Source: Camelus dromedarius (lineage: Eukaryota). From it: 64,000 nucleotides of DNA. The notes under the pieces are model-generated. The model did no database searches. It was not told the DNA's origin and saw only the letters and a program-made list of their open reading frames with translations. The number at the start of each line of letters is the position of its first letter. The stretch's first letter is position 1. Below, one piece after another: positions 38,390 to 50,929 of this stretch. The stretch spans positions 118,484,001-118,548,000 of the forward strand of contig NC_087436.1 in assembly GCF_036321535.1 (NCBI RefSeq), read 5' to 3'. The position numbers and the translations under genes are program-made.

Positions 38390-38897
38390 TGTTACGGAGT
38401 CCAGCTCGTGCTGCTTGCCGCACAACAGGCCAGTAAATCGGGACATGAGGTGTTGGGACAAAGAAAAATGACTTTATTTGGAAAGCCAGCAGACCAGGAA
38501 GATGGGAGACTAATGTCCTGGAGAACTATCTTCCCCAAGTCAGAACTCAGGCTCCTTTTACCCTAAAAAGGGGAGGGGTGTGGTTGGTTGTTGTAAACGT
38601 CTTGGTGTCCGAATCCTTTGTTCCTGCAGCTGTCCACCTGGGTCGGGTCGCGATGTAAACCTCCAACAAGACAAATGTTCTTTGTTCTGCAACTTTTTAT
38701 CTCTGTATGAATGGAAAAGGGTGCTACCCTTAACAGTCAGAGCCTTGAGAAGGGGCTCTCCTGTGCATTTCAGGCTACAGGAACACTCTTTTACAAAAGG
38801 TGCGGAACCAGCGTGACTGAGCGCAGGCAACAGAGCGCAGGGTTAGAGCTAAAGGAGCAGAGCTAATGCGGAGTCAGGTTTGTTGTCCCCTGTTACA
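38390..38897 (-). mobile_element. ERV1-class solo LTR (MER41-like), copy A
   Basis: TG...CA termini, 4-bp flanks AGTC/AATC, minus-strand AATAAA at 38473-38478, alignable end to end with 46989-47514. Confidence 0.85.
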
Positions 38898-39363
38898 AAT
38901 CCGACCTGGAAAATATCTTACATCCCCAGGACACAGGTTCTCTGAGGCTCAAAAGCCAGAAAGTCCTGTGACCTTTATTTCTCCTGGTGTTGCTTTTCCA
39001 GGGCTGTGGAGGCCAGAGGCCCCAGTGAGTGGGGAGGGATGACTATGGGAAAGGTGGACCTTCCTCTCTGATCGTGTGCATTTATTAGATTCCTTCCCGG
39101 AAGAGAGAGCCCTCTGTAGACACTCACTATGTAGCAAGCGTTTTCCGTGTGTTATCCAGTGTCAGCCTCGCCCCGTCCCTGAGGGGCGATTTTGTCCCCA
39201 TCCGAGGAGCAGACACAGGAGGCTCAGGAGAGCAGCTTCATCTGAGCTCTGCTCACTGGGAGGTGGGGGCCCTGGGACGGAGTCCACTGCTGTTTACAGA
39301 CCTCACGGCCAAGTGCTGACCCACGGTGTCCCAGCCAATTGTCCTGTGGGTTTCTTTTCTTAG

Positions 39364-39580
39364 GACACCCTGGAGAGAACAATGGGGCGGGCGCACATGG
39401 CCAAAACCATTGAGTTCCTGAAGCTGCAAATCCAGGAGGAGACCAAGTGCCGGCTGGCCGCCATCTCCCGCGGCCTGGAGCTGCTGGCCGTCGAGGGCAA
39501 GCTCTCGGGGCGACAGAAGGAGGAGCTGCTGACCCAGCAGCACAAGGCCTTCTGGGAGGAGGCTGAGCGCTTCCGCCGAG
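39364..39580 (+). CDS. EVC: EVC exon 9
   Basis: cttag|[76 protein letters not shown]|gtgagc. Confidence 0.96.
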
Positions 39581-40239
39581 GTGAGCGAGCGGGCCAGGGC
39601 GCCATCCTTCTGGGCCCCCGTGCTGCTGGGCATCGGGGCCGGGGCGCGTGGCCGCACTTGCAGGTGTCAGGAGACGTGGAGCGGCCCCTATAGGACCCGC
39701 ACCAGGTCTGCCTTGGGGGACCCGTCACTTAACTCCTCTGAGCCTCGCTTGCCTTCCCATAAAGCAGAGGTAAGCAGGGCCGCCGCCTCGGAGCTGGGGC
39801 TGCCTGCTCCACGCAGTCACCGGTGACTCGGGCTGACCGAGAACCACCTGGAACGTGCAGAGGGCAAAGGGGTGGAAACACCCAGAAGCCGGGCACGAAG
39901 TCATGAGGTCCTGCTCAGCTGCGGGTGGGCGACGACGGTGGGCAGTGGTCGGGCCCGCGGGACGGGACAGAACCCGGCGTGGCTGTTTCCCACGTAGGGT
40001 ACTGCCCCCCGGGGCTGACCCTGGGAGATGGGAGGGTCAGGGCTCAAGACGTCAAGGGCATCTGAGACTTGGTCCAGGTCACACCATTGGTGGGACCCTT
40101 GAGAAACCCAGGTCTGTCACCTGCAGGGTGGGTACCGCCTCTGCACCAGCTTCCTCACACCCTTGGCAGGAGAGCCCATCAGTGTTGACCCAAGGCTGCA
40201 CGTGTGGCCAGGGCTGAGTGGAAGTAGAGTCTGGGCCTC

Positions 40240-40585
40240 CTTCGTCTGCTGGGGCTGCCTAACAAGGTACCACGGACGGGGGGGCTCATACAACAGACAT
40301 TTCTTTCTCACAGATCTGGAGGCTGGGGGTTTAAGATCAGTGTGCAGCCGGTTTCGTTCCTGGTGAGGGCTGTCAGAGGGCCGCCTTCTCGCAGTCTCTT
40401 TCCATGGCAGAAAGCAAGCTTTCTTGCATTGTTCCTCTTCTGATAAAGCACCAGCCCTGTGGGATGAGGGCTGCATCCTTCTGACCTCACTTAACCTTCT
40501 AGGCCCCATGTCCAAAGACAGTCACGCAAGGTTTCAGACTTCAGCACATCAATTCGGAGGGACACAGTCCGGTCCCTGGCACCAG
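40240..40585 (-). mobile_element. MaLR LTR (MLT1A-like)
   Basis: CAACAGACATTTCTTTCTCACAGATCTGGAGGCTGG...GGAGGGACACAGTCC. Confidence 0.75.
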
Positions 40586-41981
40586 GTTTCCATTGCAGCC
40601 AAAGACCTGGTCCTCTATGCTTGCTCACGTCCCCTCTGCCATGCCTGTCCGCTGCCCTTTGGAGATGGGGCCAGGGGACAGTCGTTTAATCCTGGGACCT
40701 CAGGACTCCAGCCAGGCCCTTCCACAGATGTCTGTGTCACTTGTCGCTATGGCTTCTGTGACCATATGGAAGTCTGCTGTTGACTGAAATTCTGGACCAT
40801 GTAGAATCTGACTGCATCTGGGCTCGAGGGTCATCACACACGGTGGCCGGGACTTGACTAGTGGAAAGAGTCCCCAGGAGCAGAGAGTGGCTGGGATGGG
40901 ATGCTGAAACGGTGCCCATTGGTCAGAGTCTGTTAATCTTGGACAAGACGGGGGAGGCAAGGAGACAGTCAGGGGCAGAGGGAAGACTCTGGTCTCTCCT
41001 GGGCACCTGAACACACTCTTTCCATTGGTGCTGGAGGCTAAACAGATCCTCAGATCAAACCCAAGGAAGTGTGATTGCATTATGACACGTGCAGAAGGCA
41101 CTCTGACGTGTGTGGGTGTAAGAGGGGGGTGGGGAGATGCTGAAACCAACGTCGCCAAGGGCAGAAGCCCCTTGTGACCTGGCCTTCACTTGCTTCTCCA
41201 GCCTCTTCACACAGCATCTTCCTCAAAACCCAAGGGAGCAGAATCGGGCCGACTTCTTCATCAGCTCTACTCCCGGGAGCCGTCTCTGGGGTCCCATGCT
41301 GCCGGCTCCTCATCCTGCACCTCCCCCTGCCCCAACCCTCATCCAGCTCATAATTCATTCTCCTTCCACGTTTCTCCTCTTCCCTGGACCAGGAACATCT
41401 TGAGATCTGGGCTGGATCTTGCTCACGGGTAGACCCCAGCCCCCAGTGCTGTGACCTGGGTGTGCTAAGGGGCTGTTTTAGATCCAGTCGAGTTTACCCT
41501 CCCCTACACCAGGGGGCCTTGCCCTTGGGTTCACCCTCCTCCTCTTCTGCTGATCTAACAATTCACCCTCGAAGTTTTCAAGTCTCAACTCCAGTCTGAA
41601 ATGTCACCATCTTCCTGCAGACCCGGGCTCTCTGTCCTCTGTCCCTCCCATGCCACTTACTTGTCCCCTACACTCTTTTCCCCAGGAAAACACCCGTTTG
41701 TTTATCTCCTGGTCAGGTTGGCCCGGCCCTGTACCGCAGCTCCACAAAACCTCTGGGCCCTCGGCCCAAGGGAAAGTGGGGTTCCCTTCAAATGACGGGG
41801 ACCCATGGGCTTTGAGGGGCCAGGGGCTCCTAATACCAGACTTTGGGAAGCCATTGTGCCTGAGTGATCAGAGGAAAATAAAAATGGGACTTGCCCCTGA
41901 GTGTCTGACGCTCCTCACGCAGCCAGTGGACGCTTTGCCAGGAGAGCAACTGGCGATGTCCCTGTTCTATGTCGGTTTCAG

Positions 41982-42130
41982 ACTTTGTCCAGCGAGGCAA
42001 AGACCTGGTCAAGGCCTCCCAGGTTCGCCAGGCGGAGAGGACGGAAAAGCTCACGCTGGCTCAAGAGGAGGAACGGAGGTGCTTCCTGGCCGAGTTGCCG
42101 CGGACCGCCGACCCTGAGGAGTTCCTGCAG
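41982..42130 (+). CDS. EVC: EVC exon 10
   Basis: ttcag|[51 protein letters not shown]; |gtgacc. Confidence 0.95.
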
Positions 42131-43683
42131 GTGACCCTGCTCCCGATCGCCCCCACGTCCTCAGGCGCGGCCGTCCTGGGAGAGCCGTGTGGGCGGAGCG
42201 GGGTGGTCTGGTCCCTCTTACTGCGCTTGAGAAGCCAGAGGCTTCAGCATCCAGCAGACAGGAGGTCTCTCCTCACCTCCCACCTGTCAGCCCAGTGACC
42301 TTAGACAAGTGCCTTGAGTTCTGCGTCCCATCTTGCTTCTGATAAAAGCAGCACGTCCTCACCGGGCTGCTGGAGAGATGAGTGGGAGGGGCCAGCGAGG
42401 CGCGCCACGGGGTCCCTACCTACCATGGGAGCCAGTGGGGAATGTGGACCCGAAGGGACTGGCATGTCCCAGGTGTGAGGCAGGCTCTCACAAGGGGATG
42501 GGGCCCCTTGCTGGGACAGGTGCCGAGTCAGGGGAGGAGCCGGCTTGTGGAGCTGAGTGGGCAGGACCAGAGAGGACCAGCTGGACAGCCGTCCTGGTCT
42601 GGACTGGGCAGGGGTCAAGGAGACCTGCAGGAGGACAGGAAGCAAGAAGTCACCCTGCTTGAGGGGAAAGAATGCGCTGGCGCCAGCACAGGCTGGAAGG
42701 CCCAGGACTTGCAGTTGTCAGGGCGAGAGGACAGATCTCTGCCCCTGCCTGTCCTGCGGGGTGGCGGGGAGGCTGGGGGAGGGGCTGTTTGTCCTGGGCA
42801 TCCCCCATGGGAGTGACGCATTTGGGTGCTGGGGCGGCGGGACCTGGGTTTGGACGTGAGTCTGCCGCTGTGAGTGACCTTGGGCACGTGGCTAACCCTC
42901 TGGCTTTCTCATCTGGGTGATACAGGGTTCTTAGGACTCGGCCAAAGCCAGTAAGGGGCAGCCACAACCCGACTGTTTCTCTGGGCCCCTCTGCTCTGAG
43001 TTAGCATTTGGAACACGTTGTCTCAGCTCTGCCGAGGGGATGGCAGGACAGAATCTGGGTCCAGGCTCAGCCCAGAGCACAGGCACAGGTGCTCCCTGGG
43101 GGCAAGCGTGGTGGTGACGGCAGCAACACCCCAGTGACGAGCCAGCAGAGGGTCCCCCAAGAAGAGGAGAGGCATTTACATCCCTGGGTCCCTGGTCCAG
43201 TGCCCTTCCCCCACCCCACCCGCAGAGCCTCCCTGCACGGCCCTCGCCTGGGGGTTCTGGGGTTTGTCATAAAGTGGGGTGGGGGCTGTTTCTGTCTTGG
43301 GAAGATACATTTGAAATGAGAGTGGAAAGATATGATTATACAGCTCTCCGTGAGATTTCCAGGCCCTTCTCCCTGACGTCACATTGCTCAGCGCAAATCC
43401 TGAGTGTGGAGGACGTGACAGCATCAGCTCTGTGACCCAGGATCTCAGCACAGCCCGGCACACACTGGTGCTCAGGAGACATGGGACCAAGGAAGGAAGG
43501 GTTGAGCAAAGCATGCGTGAATGAATGAATGAATGAACGAGCAGCAGATGACTGCGTGAGAGCCAAAAGAGTGAATGAACGGATGGATGGATGGTGTACA
43601 CAAAAGGACGAATAATTGAATGATTAAATGAAGAACGAACGAACAACAAATAAACGGCCGAATGAACAAAGAACGAGTGGGTG

Positions 43684-43783
43684 GTGCTCGCCTCGGCCGC
43701 AGGTGTACTAAAACAGGAACGATGCAGAGGTTAGCATGGCCCCTGCGCGGGAAGGACATGCAAATTCATGAAGGTTCCGTGTT
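43684..43783 (+). pseudogene. U6 snRNA processed pseudogene, near full length
   Basis: GTGCTCGCCTCGGCCGCA...TACTAAAA...GGAACGATGCAGAG...TTAGCATGGCCCCTGCGC...CAAATTCATGAAG-GTTCC aligns to U6 with many substitutions (ACAGAGA box altered); A-rich tail follows. Confidence 0.92.
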
Positions 43784-44584
43784 AAAGAAAGAAAAAATAG
43801 AATGAGTGAATAAACACGGACTTTGGCCCTGCACCAGCCCCTCCCTCTCTGGTCCCTGCACCCCACCCCCTTGCTTACCTCCCGCCCGGCCCCCACCGAG
43901 GCCAGAGGGTTCTAACTGCCTGGTCCTGCTGCTGTTGCCTGTTGAGCCTGGAAGGAGAGTGTGTTGGCCCATCTGCCCTCCAGGGACCCCTCCTGGTCCT
44001 TTAAGACTTGGCTTACATGCTTCCCCAGCAACGGGGACGCTGCCCCTAAGGGAAGTCCGCCCCGGGGGGTTGTGCTCTTGGCCTCTCTGACTGTGTCTGG
44101 GGCATCAGGTGCACACCTCCCTGTCACTCTGCTGGGCTCCTCAGGGTAGGGCCTCGCCATGTGATCACAGAGGCCTGGTGGCCACTGACCACACTGACCC
44201 TTAGTGGCCCCTGCCAGGCTCGGGCTCCACTGGGCGGGCCTCCCACGGCCTGGGTGGTGGTCCCCCGCAGCTGAAGTCAGAGAATGAGGTCTGGGTGGCT
44301 TGTGGCCAAGAGAGAAGGGTGACAGGGGGCCAGTGGCACCTCTTCATGACGGGTGGACAACGGAATAGTCTGGCTTTCCTGGAGGTCAGGTTCACTGGTC
44401 CTGGCCTTGGCTACAATTTGCAAGTGGAGGTCATGTGGCACCCCCCGCACCCCATTTTCCTTGTGTACAAATCAAGGGTGAACGTCCCTCCAGTCTGAGA
44501 GGCAGAGTCAGTGGAGGAGGTGTTTCTGGGGAAAGAATAAGTCAGCATTTTTCTACCAGATTCAGCATCCTGTTTTGCTCCCAG

Positions 44585-44683
44585 GCTTTTCACGAGGTCC
44601 TGGAGAGGCAGAGGCTGGAGCAGAGTGGCCTGGAGGAGGACGAGAACGTCAGAGCCACGGAGGCCGCGGCCGCGCTCTGCCAG
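44585..44683 (+). CDS. EVC: EVC exon 11
   Basis: cccag|[36 protein letters not shown]; |gtacgt. Confidence 0.95.
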
Positions 44684-44849
44684 GTACGTGGCCTCCAGGT
44701 GGGATCGGCTGAGAAACCCCAGGATCTGGGCATGCGTGAGAACCTCACATCCTTCTGGGCTGGGGACCCTGAGACCCTGGCACACTTTGTCTGAGTGACC
44801 CAGGCAGAAACCAGGTCGTATCTGAGGCCTCTTCCGTTTCTGAGATGCT

Positions 44850-46620
44850 CGGGACCGTCACCTCCAAATGTCCCTAGAGGCAAAAATACACCTGTGTAAC
44901 CACCATCCAGATTGAGAAAGAGATCATGGCAGAACCTCGGGAGCCCCCTCACACCTCCTCCCAACCCCCCTCCCCTCACTGCTCACAGGAGCCATATCCT
45001 GGCTTATGTGGAACTCAAGTCCCTGCTTTTATATGAATGGAATCATATAGCATGCGCTTTTGTAGGTCAGGTGTCCGTCTCTCAATTTTATACATACTGT
45101 TGTACTGTGTTGTGTGTAGCAGTAGTTCATTCTTGCTCATTGGTCTGTAGGATCTCCCTGCATAGCATGCCACCATTTACCCTTTCTGCTGATAGGAGCT
45201 TTCTTGCAGATGGTGTTTGAGACACACGCGTGCGTGTCCCTCTCGGGCGTGTAGCAAGGGGCAGAATTGCTGGGTTAAAGGGTGTGTGTACCTTCAGTCC
45301 GCATCCTCCATCACTGTTGCTATGAACACCAATTTGGTTAGTATTTTGAATTTATAAGGATGGACACCTTTACAATATCAAATCTTCCAATCCAGAAACA
45401 TGGTATATCTCTACATTTACTTAGGTCTTACTAATTTTTCTTACTATTGTTTCGTAGTTTCCGCCCTTAGGTATAATGCTTGCTATAGTTTTTTGGGTTT
45501 TTTGTTTGTTTGTTTGTTTGTTTTTTCAGATTAAGGAAGTTTCCTTCCATTCCTGTTTGGCCAGGTGTGTGTCTTATGCATGGCAATTAAATTTTGTAAA
45601 AGACTTTTTTCTCATTTATTCACAAAATCATCAGATATTTTTCTGCTTTGTTCTGTTGGCATGACAGATTGCATCAGTTGGGTAATGCCATGTGGTGCCT
45701 ACAGTTGAGAACCTTTGCATCTTTCTGGTGAATTAAACCTTTTGGTACCGTGAACTGATTCCCTTAATCCCTAAAAGTGCTTTCTTCATTAGAGACTTTT
45801 ATCTGCTATTAATGTAACACAGAATGAGCTTGTGTTTATTAGGTCCTGGTGATACTCTCATTCATTTGTTCTTTGTTTAAAAAAAAAAAATTACCAGAGA
45901 GCATCCTGGTTACATCATGAGACCCGGAGCCTGACCGCCAGGGCCCCGAGAGTGAGCTGACTTACCTCTCTTCTCCACGTCCGGGTGCAGCCTCACTTTC
46001 CTCATCTCTGTATTTCTTTCATCAGTTTTGATACATTTCTGTCTTATCACTTCCAATATTACTCTGCCTGGACTCTGCCTTCTTTCCTCCTGGGAATCCA
46101 GTTGAACTTGTCGAACTTGCTCACTGTATCTTAGCTTTATCTCCTCCATATTTCCCATCCTTCAGTGTCTCCTGACTTTGTCCTGGATTTGCTCCTGATC
46201 TATCTCCCAGCAATAATTCTCTCTTCAGCTGCATCTAAACTACAATGAAATCTATACGTTAGGTTCTTATTATCGGACAATGTCCTTCAATTCCAGAATT
46301 TCTAATTATTTTTTTAACTAAGTAGTGTTGCTTTTTTTATAATTCCCAGCTTTTTGCGTTAAGGGTTAAGAGTGGCTATTAACTTCTTGAGCACAGTAAG
46401 CGTCAATACTTCAAAGTCCATGTCTTGTAACTGCACTCTCTGGACCACCTGTGGGCGTGTTTTTCATGCCTGTTGTTTGTGTTCTTGTCTCCTCATGTAC
46501 CTGTCTATTTTTTATTGTATGCCTTATCTCACATTTGTATATTCCTTTGTAAAATCATTTTCAAACGTAGAATTATGTTCTCTTCCTCCAAAGAGAATTT
46601 TCCTTTGCTTCTGCTAGGTG
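44850..46620 (-). mobile_element. Old L1 fragments
   Basis: CACCTGTGTAACCACCATCCAGAT, AGAATTGCTGGGT, ATCTTCCAATCCAGAAACATGGTATATCTC; boundaries approximate. Confidence 0.6.
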
Positions 46621-46988
46621 ACTGGGTCTCTCATGATCCAGAGTCACCTTAGTTCAAGGTCAGGACTTGAAATATCATGGATCTCCACATGAACAGACTC
46701 CAAGTTGCAGTCCATTTAAACCAGTCTGAACTAGTTTTCTTCCATTTCACTCATGTTTCTCTGCTGCAGCTTTTTGGGCTCCAGCCGTGGGCTCCCCAAC
46801 CCACGGGGAGCCATGAGCTCCACCTTCTGGCCCTTCAGCTGCTGGAGGCGGTCAGAAGTGCACTCAGCCGTGCAGCTGTCCTCTGGATTGACCCCACCCC
46901 CACCCCCACCCCTTCATGCAGCCCAAGGGCTGCACACATTTCTGTCTTTATGTCTTCTCTGAGACCTTGGCCCCTGCACTTGCACTAC

Positions 46989-47514
46989 TGTTACCAAGTC
47001 CAGACTCATTCTGCTCGCCACCCGACAGGCCAGTAAATCAGGAGGCGAGGTGTTGGGGCGAGGAATAACGAAACTATTCAGAAAGACTGGCAGACTAAGA
47101 AGGTGGGAGACTAACATCCTGGAGAACCATCTTCCCCAAGTCAGAGCTCAGGCTCCTTTTATTCTAAAAAAGGAACAGGCTGTGGTTGGTTGGTTGGTGC
47201 AAACTTCTTGGTGTCAGAATCCTTTGTTCTTGCAGCTGTCCACGTGGGTCGGGTCATAGTGTCCCTATAAACCTCTAACAAGGCAAATGTTATTTTCTAT
47301 TCTGCAACTTTTTATCTTTATATGAATAGGAAAGTATTAATACCGTTAAAGGTCAGAGCCTTGAGAATGGGCTTGCCTGTATATTTCAAGCTCTAGGTAA
47401 GATTCTTCTACAAAAGGTGCCAAACCAGCATGACTGAGCCCAGGAAACAGATCACAGGGTTAGAGCCAAAGGAACAGAGCTAATATGGAGTCAGATTTGT
47501 TCTTCCCTATTACA
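46989..47514 (-). mobile_element. ERV1-class solo LTR (MER41-like), copy B
   Basis: TG...CA termini; perfect 4-bp TSD CTAC (46985-46988, 47515-47518); minus strand starts TGTAATAGGGAAGAACAAATCTGACTCCATATT. Confidence 0.88.
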
Positions 47515-49333
47515 CTACCTTGTTAGCTCTTCGGGACTTTGATGATGATTTAATAAACATTTTGTCTAGCTTTAAGAAAAAAAAAATTCATCCTCAGTGG
47601 GAAGAATGGGTTCAAATTACCTGGTTGGCCACTATCAAACGTGGGATCTCTAAACCCTTTAAAAGTGGGTGTGTCCTTGTGCCCCATCATGATCACTTTA
47701 CCCTGAGCAAACTTCAGCTTGGTCGTGAGCTTTTTAAAGCCTGGCATCCATCGGGTTTAATTAACATTGATTTGAGTTTAACTTACATCCATTGAGCACA
47801 CCAGCTCTGACCTAGGTATGCCAAGCTAAAAGCTGAGAATTTTTTTTCCCAGAAAAGAACTATTGTCCTTGGAGCATACAGGTTAAGAGCATGAGTCCAA
47901 TATAGTCTAACAGCCAGGACCCACCCTCTACAAGTGTCCAGTTACTGATCTTCTCTGGGTCTTAGCTTCTTCATCTGTAGAACAATGGTAATTATAATAG
48001 AACATCTTCATTGGACTATTAGAAGGATGAATGAGATTATACAAGAAAAGTGCTTATCACACTCCCTGGCGCACAGTAAGGATTTGTAATTATTAACAAT
48101 TACAATGTTATCACCTGATATTTGCCAGGTGCTTTTCTAGGCCCTACAGATGCTAATGTAATAAGACTTTGTTTTTAAGAAACCTCATGGTCTAGTCCAT
48201 GAAAAGGACAATCAGACAGCCAGTGACCACAAAAATATATGTGGTCAGGAGGCCTTCCCAGAAGGGGAGACCTCAAGTTGAGTTTGGAACATGTGTGGGG
48301 AGGTCCTTGATGGAGACGGGGGAGTGGGCCTTCTGTATCATGTTGCTGCATGATGCTTTCAGAAACTGCCACCAGGTGCTTGGTCCAGGAGGATATGAGA
48401 CATGGATGCAGATCTGAGTATGATGCAGCCTCTGCTCTGGGTTAGTTGTGGTCCGGAAAGGATGACAGATAAATTGTAGTTTTGATGCCCTGGTGGGGCA
48501 AACCAAAGAGCTGTGGAAGCCCGGGTCAGAAATGCCCATGTTAGTCTGAGAAGCCCTGGCAGGACTTCACAGAGAATGGGTTATTTTGCAGGGGTTTTGC
48601 AGGGTGAAGAGGAGTCCGTTTAAGGTATGAAAGTGCCTGGAGGTGGGGCCAGGGGAGAGGCTTGAAAAAGCATCTCTATAATGAAACGTGCAATGAGATG
48701 TCATTTATGTGAATTAACACAAACATCAGAAACCACATTTATGGACAAAAAATACGGTGAAAGTATAGAAATCCAAATTGGAAGCAGAGATGATGAATTC
48801 ATGGAGATGGCTGTCTCTGAGGAGGCTGGGAGGGAATGGAAAAGAATAGCAGAGGGAAAACAAAGGATTCCAACTTAATCTATAATGTTTACTGTTTTAA
48901 TCTGAAAAAGAAATGGAAAACTGAGTGGTGGATTCAGAGGTGTTTAATATATTATTATTTATGGGTTTTTGGTTTTCATGATTAAAAAAAAATACAATTT
49001 TAGAAAGAGAATGGAGTGTGGGCAGTGGGCTGAAGGGAAAAGAATGGAGAGAAGCGAGGCAGGACCATCTGGAAACCCTGGGAGGCACTCTGACTGTGAT
49101 GGAAAGATAGACCTTCCAAGTTACTGAGCTGGAACCCAAAGCTCTGTGCTTGTGCAGATAGCTCGCCTCAATGAAGGGGGCCGAGGGGGGCGGAGGGACC
49201 AGTGAGGGTTGTGAAAATAATCTGGGTGGAGGCTTAGAGGAGACTCCAGTGATGGAGGGCTCATTGGGGCAGGAGGGCAGGGCTGGGGCTGGGGCTTGAC
49301 TGGGTGGGGGTGAGAGGGCTGGAAGGCAGCGAC

Positions 49334-49336
<3 letters not shown>

Positions 49337-49375
<39 letters not shown>

Positions 49376-49393
49376 TGCGCGCGTGTGTGCGTG
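49337..49393. repeat. (GT)n/(GC)n alternating purine-pyrimidine tract
   Basis: Direct reading. Confidence 0.95.
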
Positions 49394-49489
49394 ATCTGAG
49401 AATTTCCTTTCCTGGATTTCCTCTGTGTCTTGCTGGAAGCCCACGGCCCTGCCCGGGTTGAGGACATGACTTATAACTCCATCCTTCAG

Positions 49490-49702
49490 GAGCTGTACCG
49501 CAGCACCATGGAAACGTTCCAGAAGTTCGTGGACGCCCTGTTCCTTCAGACGCTCCCCCGCATGACCAACCTCTCCCAGGCAGAGTGTGAATACCTGAGG
49601 CAGGAGGCCCAGGAGAACGCCGCCCGGCAGCTGGGGAAGTCGGATCGCTTCCGGAATCAGCAGTGGAAACTCTTCCAAGACCTCCTGGAGCAAGAGAAGC
49701 AG
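49490..49702 (+). CDS. EVC: EVC exon 12
   Basis: ttcag|[74 protein letters not shown]; |gtgcgg. Confidence 0.95.
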
Positions 49703-50049
49703 GTGCGGCATTTTGTAAACGTGGGTCTTGAGTCTGCATTTTTTTTTTTTAACTTAGGAAGAATAATGAGAGGTTTCCCCTCTGAGCATCCCCTAGTGCC
49801 TGTGCTAGGGGCTTTGCCAAGATTCTGGTAGCCAACTTTTCACAACCGCCCACCAAGGTTGGTGGGATAGGAAGTCAGTAGATAATGCCTTCAGCTGATC
49901 CAACAAAGGCAGCAAAGTCTGTGCTTGAGAACAATAGAAATAAACGACAGAAGGCGTTTCTCAGGGGAGTGGACTCGGGGAGGAGCTGCACACACAGGAC
50001 TCCTGTTTTTCAGTGAAAGTCTATTCCATTATTAAAACCATGTACATAC

Positions 50050-50490
50050 GCGGTAGGTAGAATAATGCTCCCAAAAGAATAATGCCCCCATCCTAGTCCC
50101 CAGAACCTGTGAATATGTTACCTACCAGGGCAAGAGGGGCCTTGCAGGTGCCATTACATTAAGGATCTGGAGATGTGGAGAGTGTTCTGGATTATGTGAG
50201 TAAGCCCACTATAATCACAAAGGTCCTTTTAAGAGGGAAGGAGGAGGGTCAGAGTCAGAAAAGGAGGTGTGATGGCCTAAGCCGAGGCTGGAGTGATGCG
50301 GACATTAGCCCAGGACCGCAGGCAGCCTTGAGAAGCTGGAATAGGCAAGGAATGGATCCCCCCCAGATCCTCCAGAAGGAGCACAGCCTGTTCCGTTTCA
50401 CTTCAGACGTCCGACCTCCAGAACTTACATGTAAGATAATAAATGTGTGTTAAGTCACAGTTTGTGGCAATGTATTACAGGAAATTAATG
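50050..50490 (+). mobile_element. MaLR LTR (MLT1D-like)
   Basis: GGTAGGTAGAATAATGCTCCC...CCCAGAACCTGTGAATATGTTACC...GTAAGATAATAAATGTGTGTT. Confidence 0.8.
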
Positions 50491-50873
50491 CATGTCAACT
50501 TTATTCTTAAAATCCTGAAACTTGTCAAAATTCCAAATGTGACACACAAAAGTGCCCGCATTTCCTATCTCTCTTGCTTTCCTGCACGCTAGAGGCTCTA
50601 GAAGTGACATGGTCAGTATCCTGGTATCTGTCGGTGTTTTGAGTGATGCAGTTCTGGCTGTGAGACAAGGTGTGGTGCCTGCACAGGGCTTCTCTCCCCT
50701 GTTACAAGGGCCGGGTGCTGCTAGGAGAAATCCTCTTCACCAGCATTCCCGTTCTTCCTGCCTAGAGCACGTACAGGAGGCCTGGAGGTGCGCCTGCCTT
50801 CCTGACTTACAGGCAGAACAGGATGCAGAACAGAGGCTGATGTGCCCGGGGTGGGGGCAGAGAGGCAGACTGT

Positions 50874-50929
50874 CCCAGCCCTGGACTTCCCAGCCCTGGA
50901 CTGCCCAGCCCTGGACTGCCCAGCCCTGG
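50874..50929. repeat. 15-bp tandem repeat CCCAGCCCTGGACT(G/T), about 3.7 copies
   Basis: Units start at 50874, 50889, 50904, 50919. Confidence 0.9.

Noticed and set aside
38390..38897. STAT1 GAS sites in the MER41-like LTRs
   Set aside because: A manual scan found no perfect TTCnnnGAA in either copy.
38390..47514. Single provirus bounded by two LTRs
   Set aside because: Each LTR has its own target duplication, and the interval holds EVC exons with no gag/pol/env.
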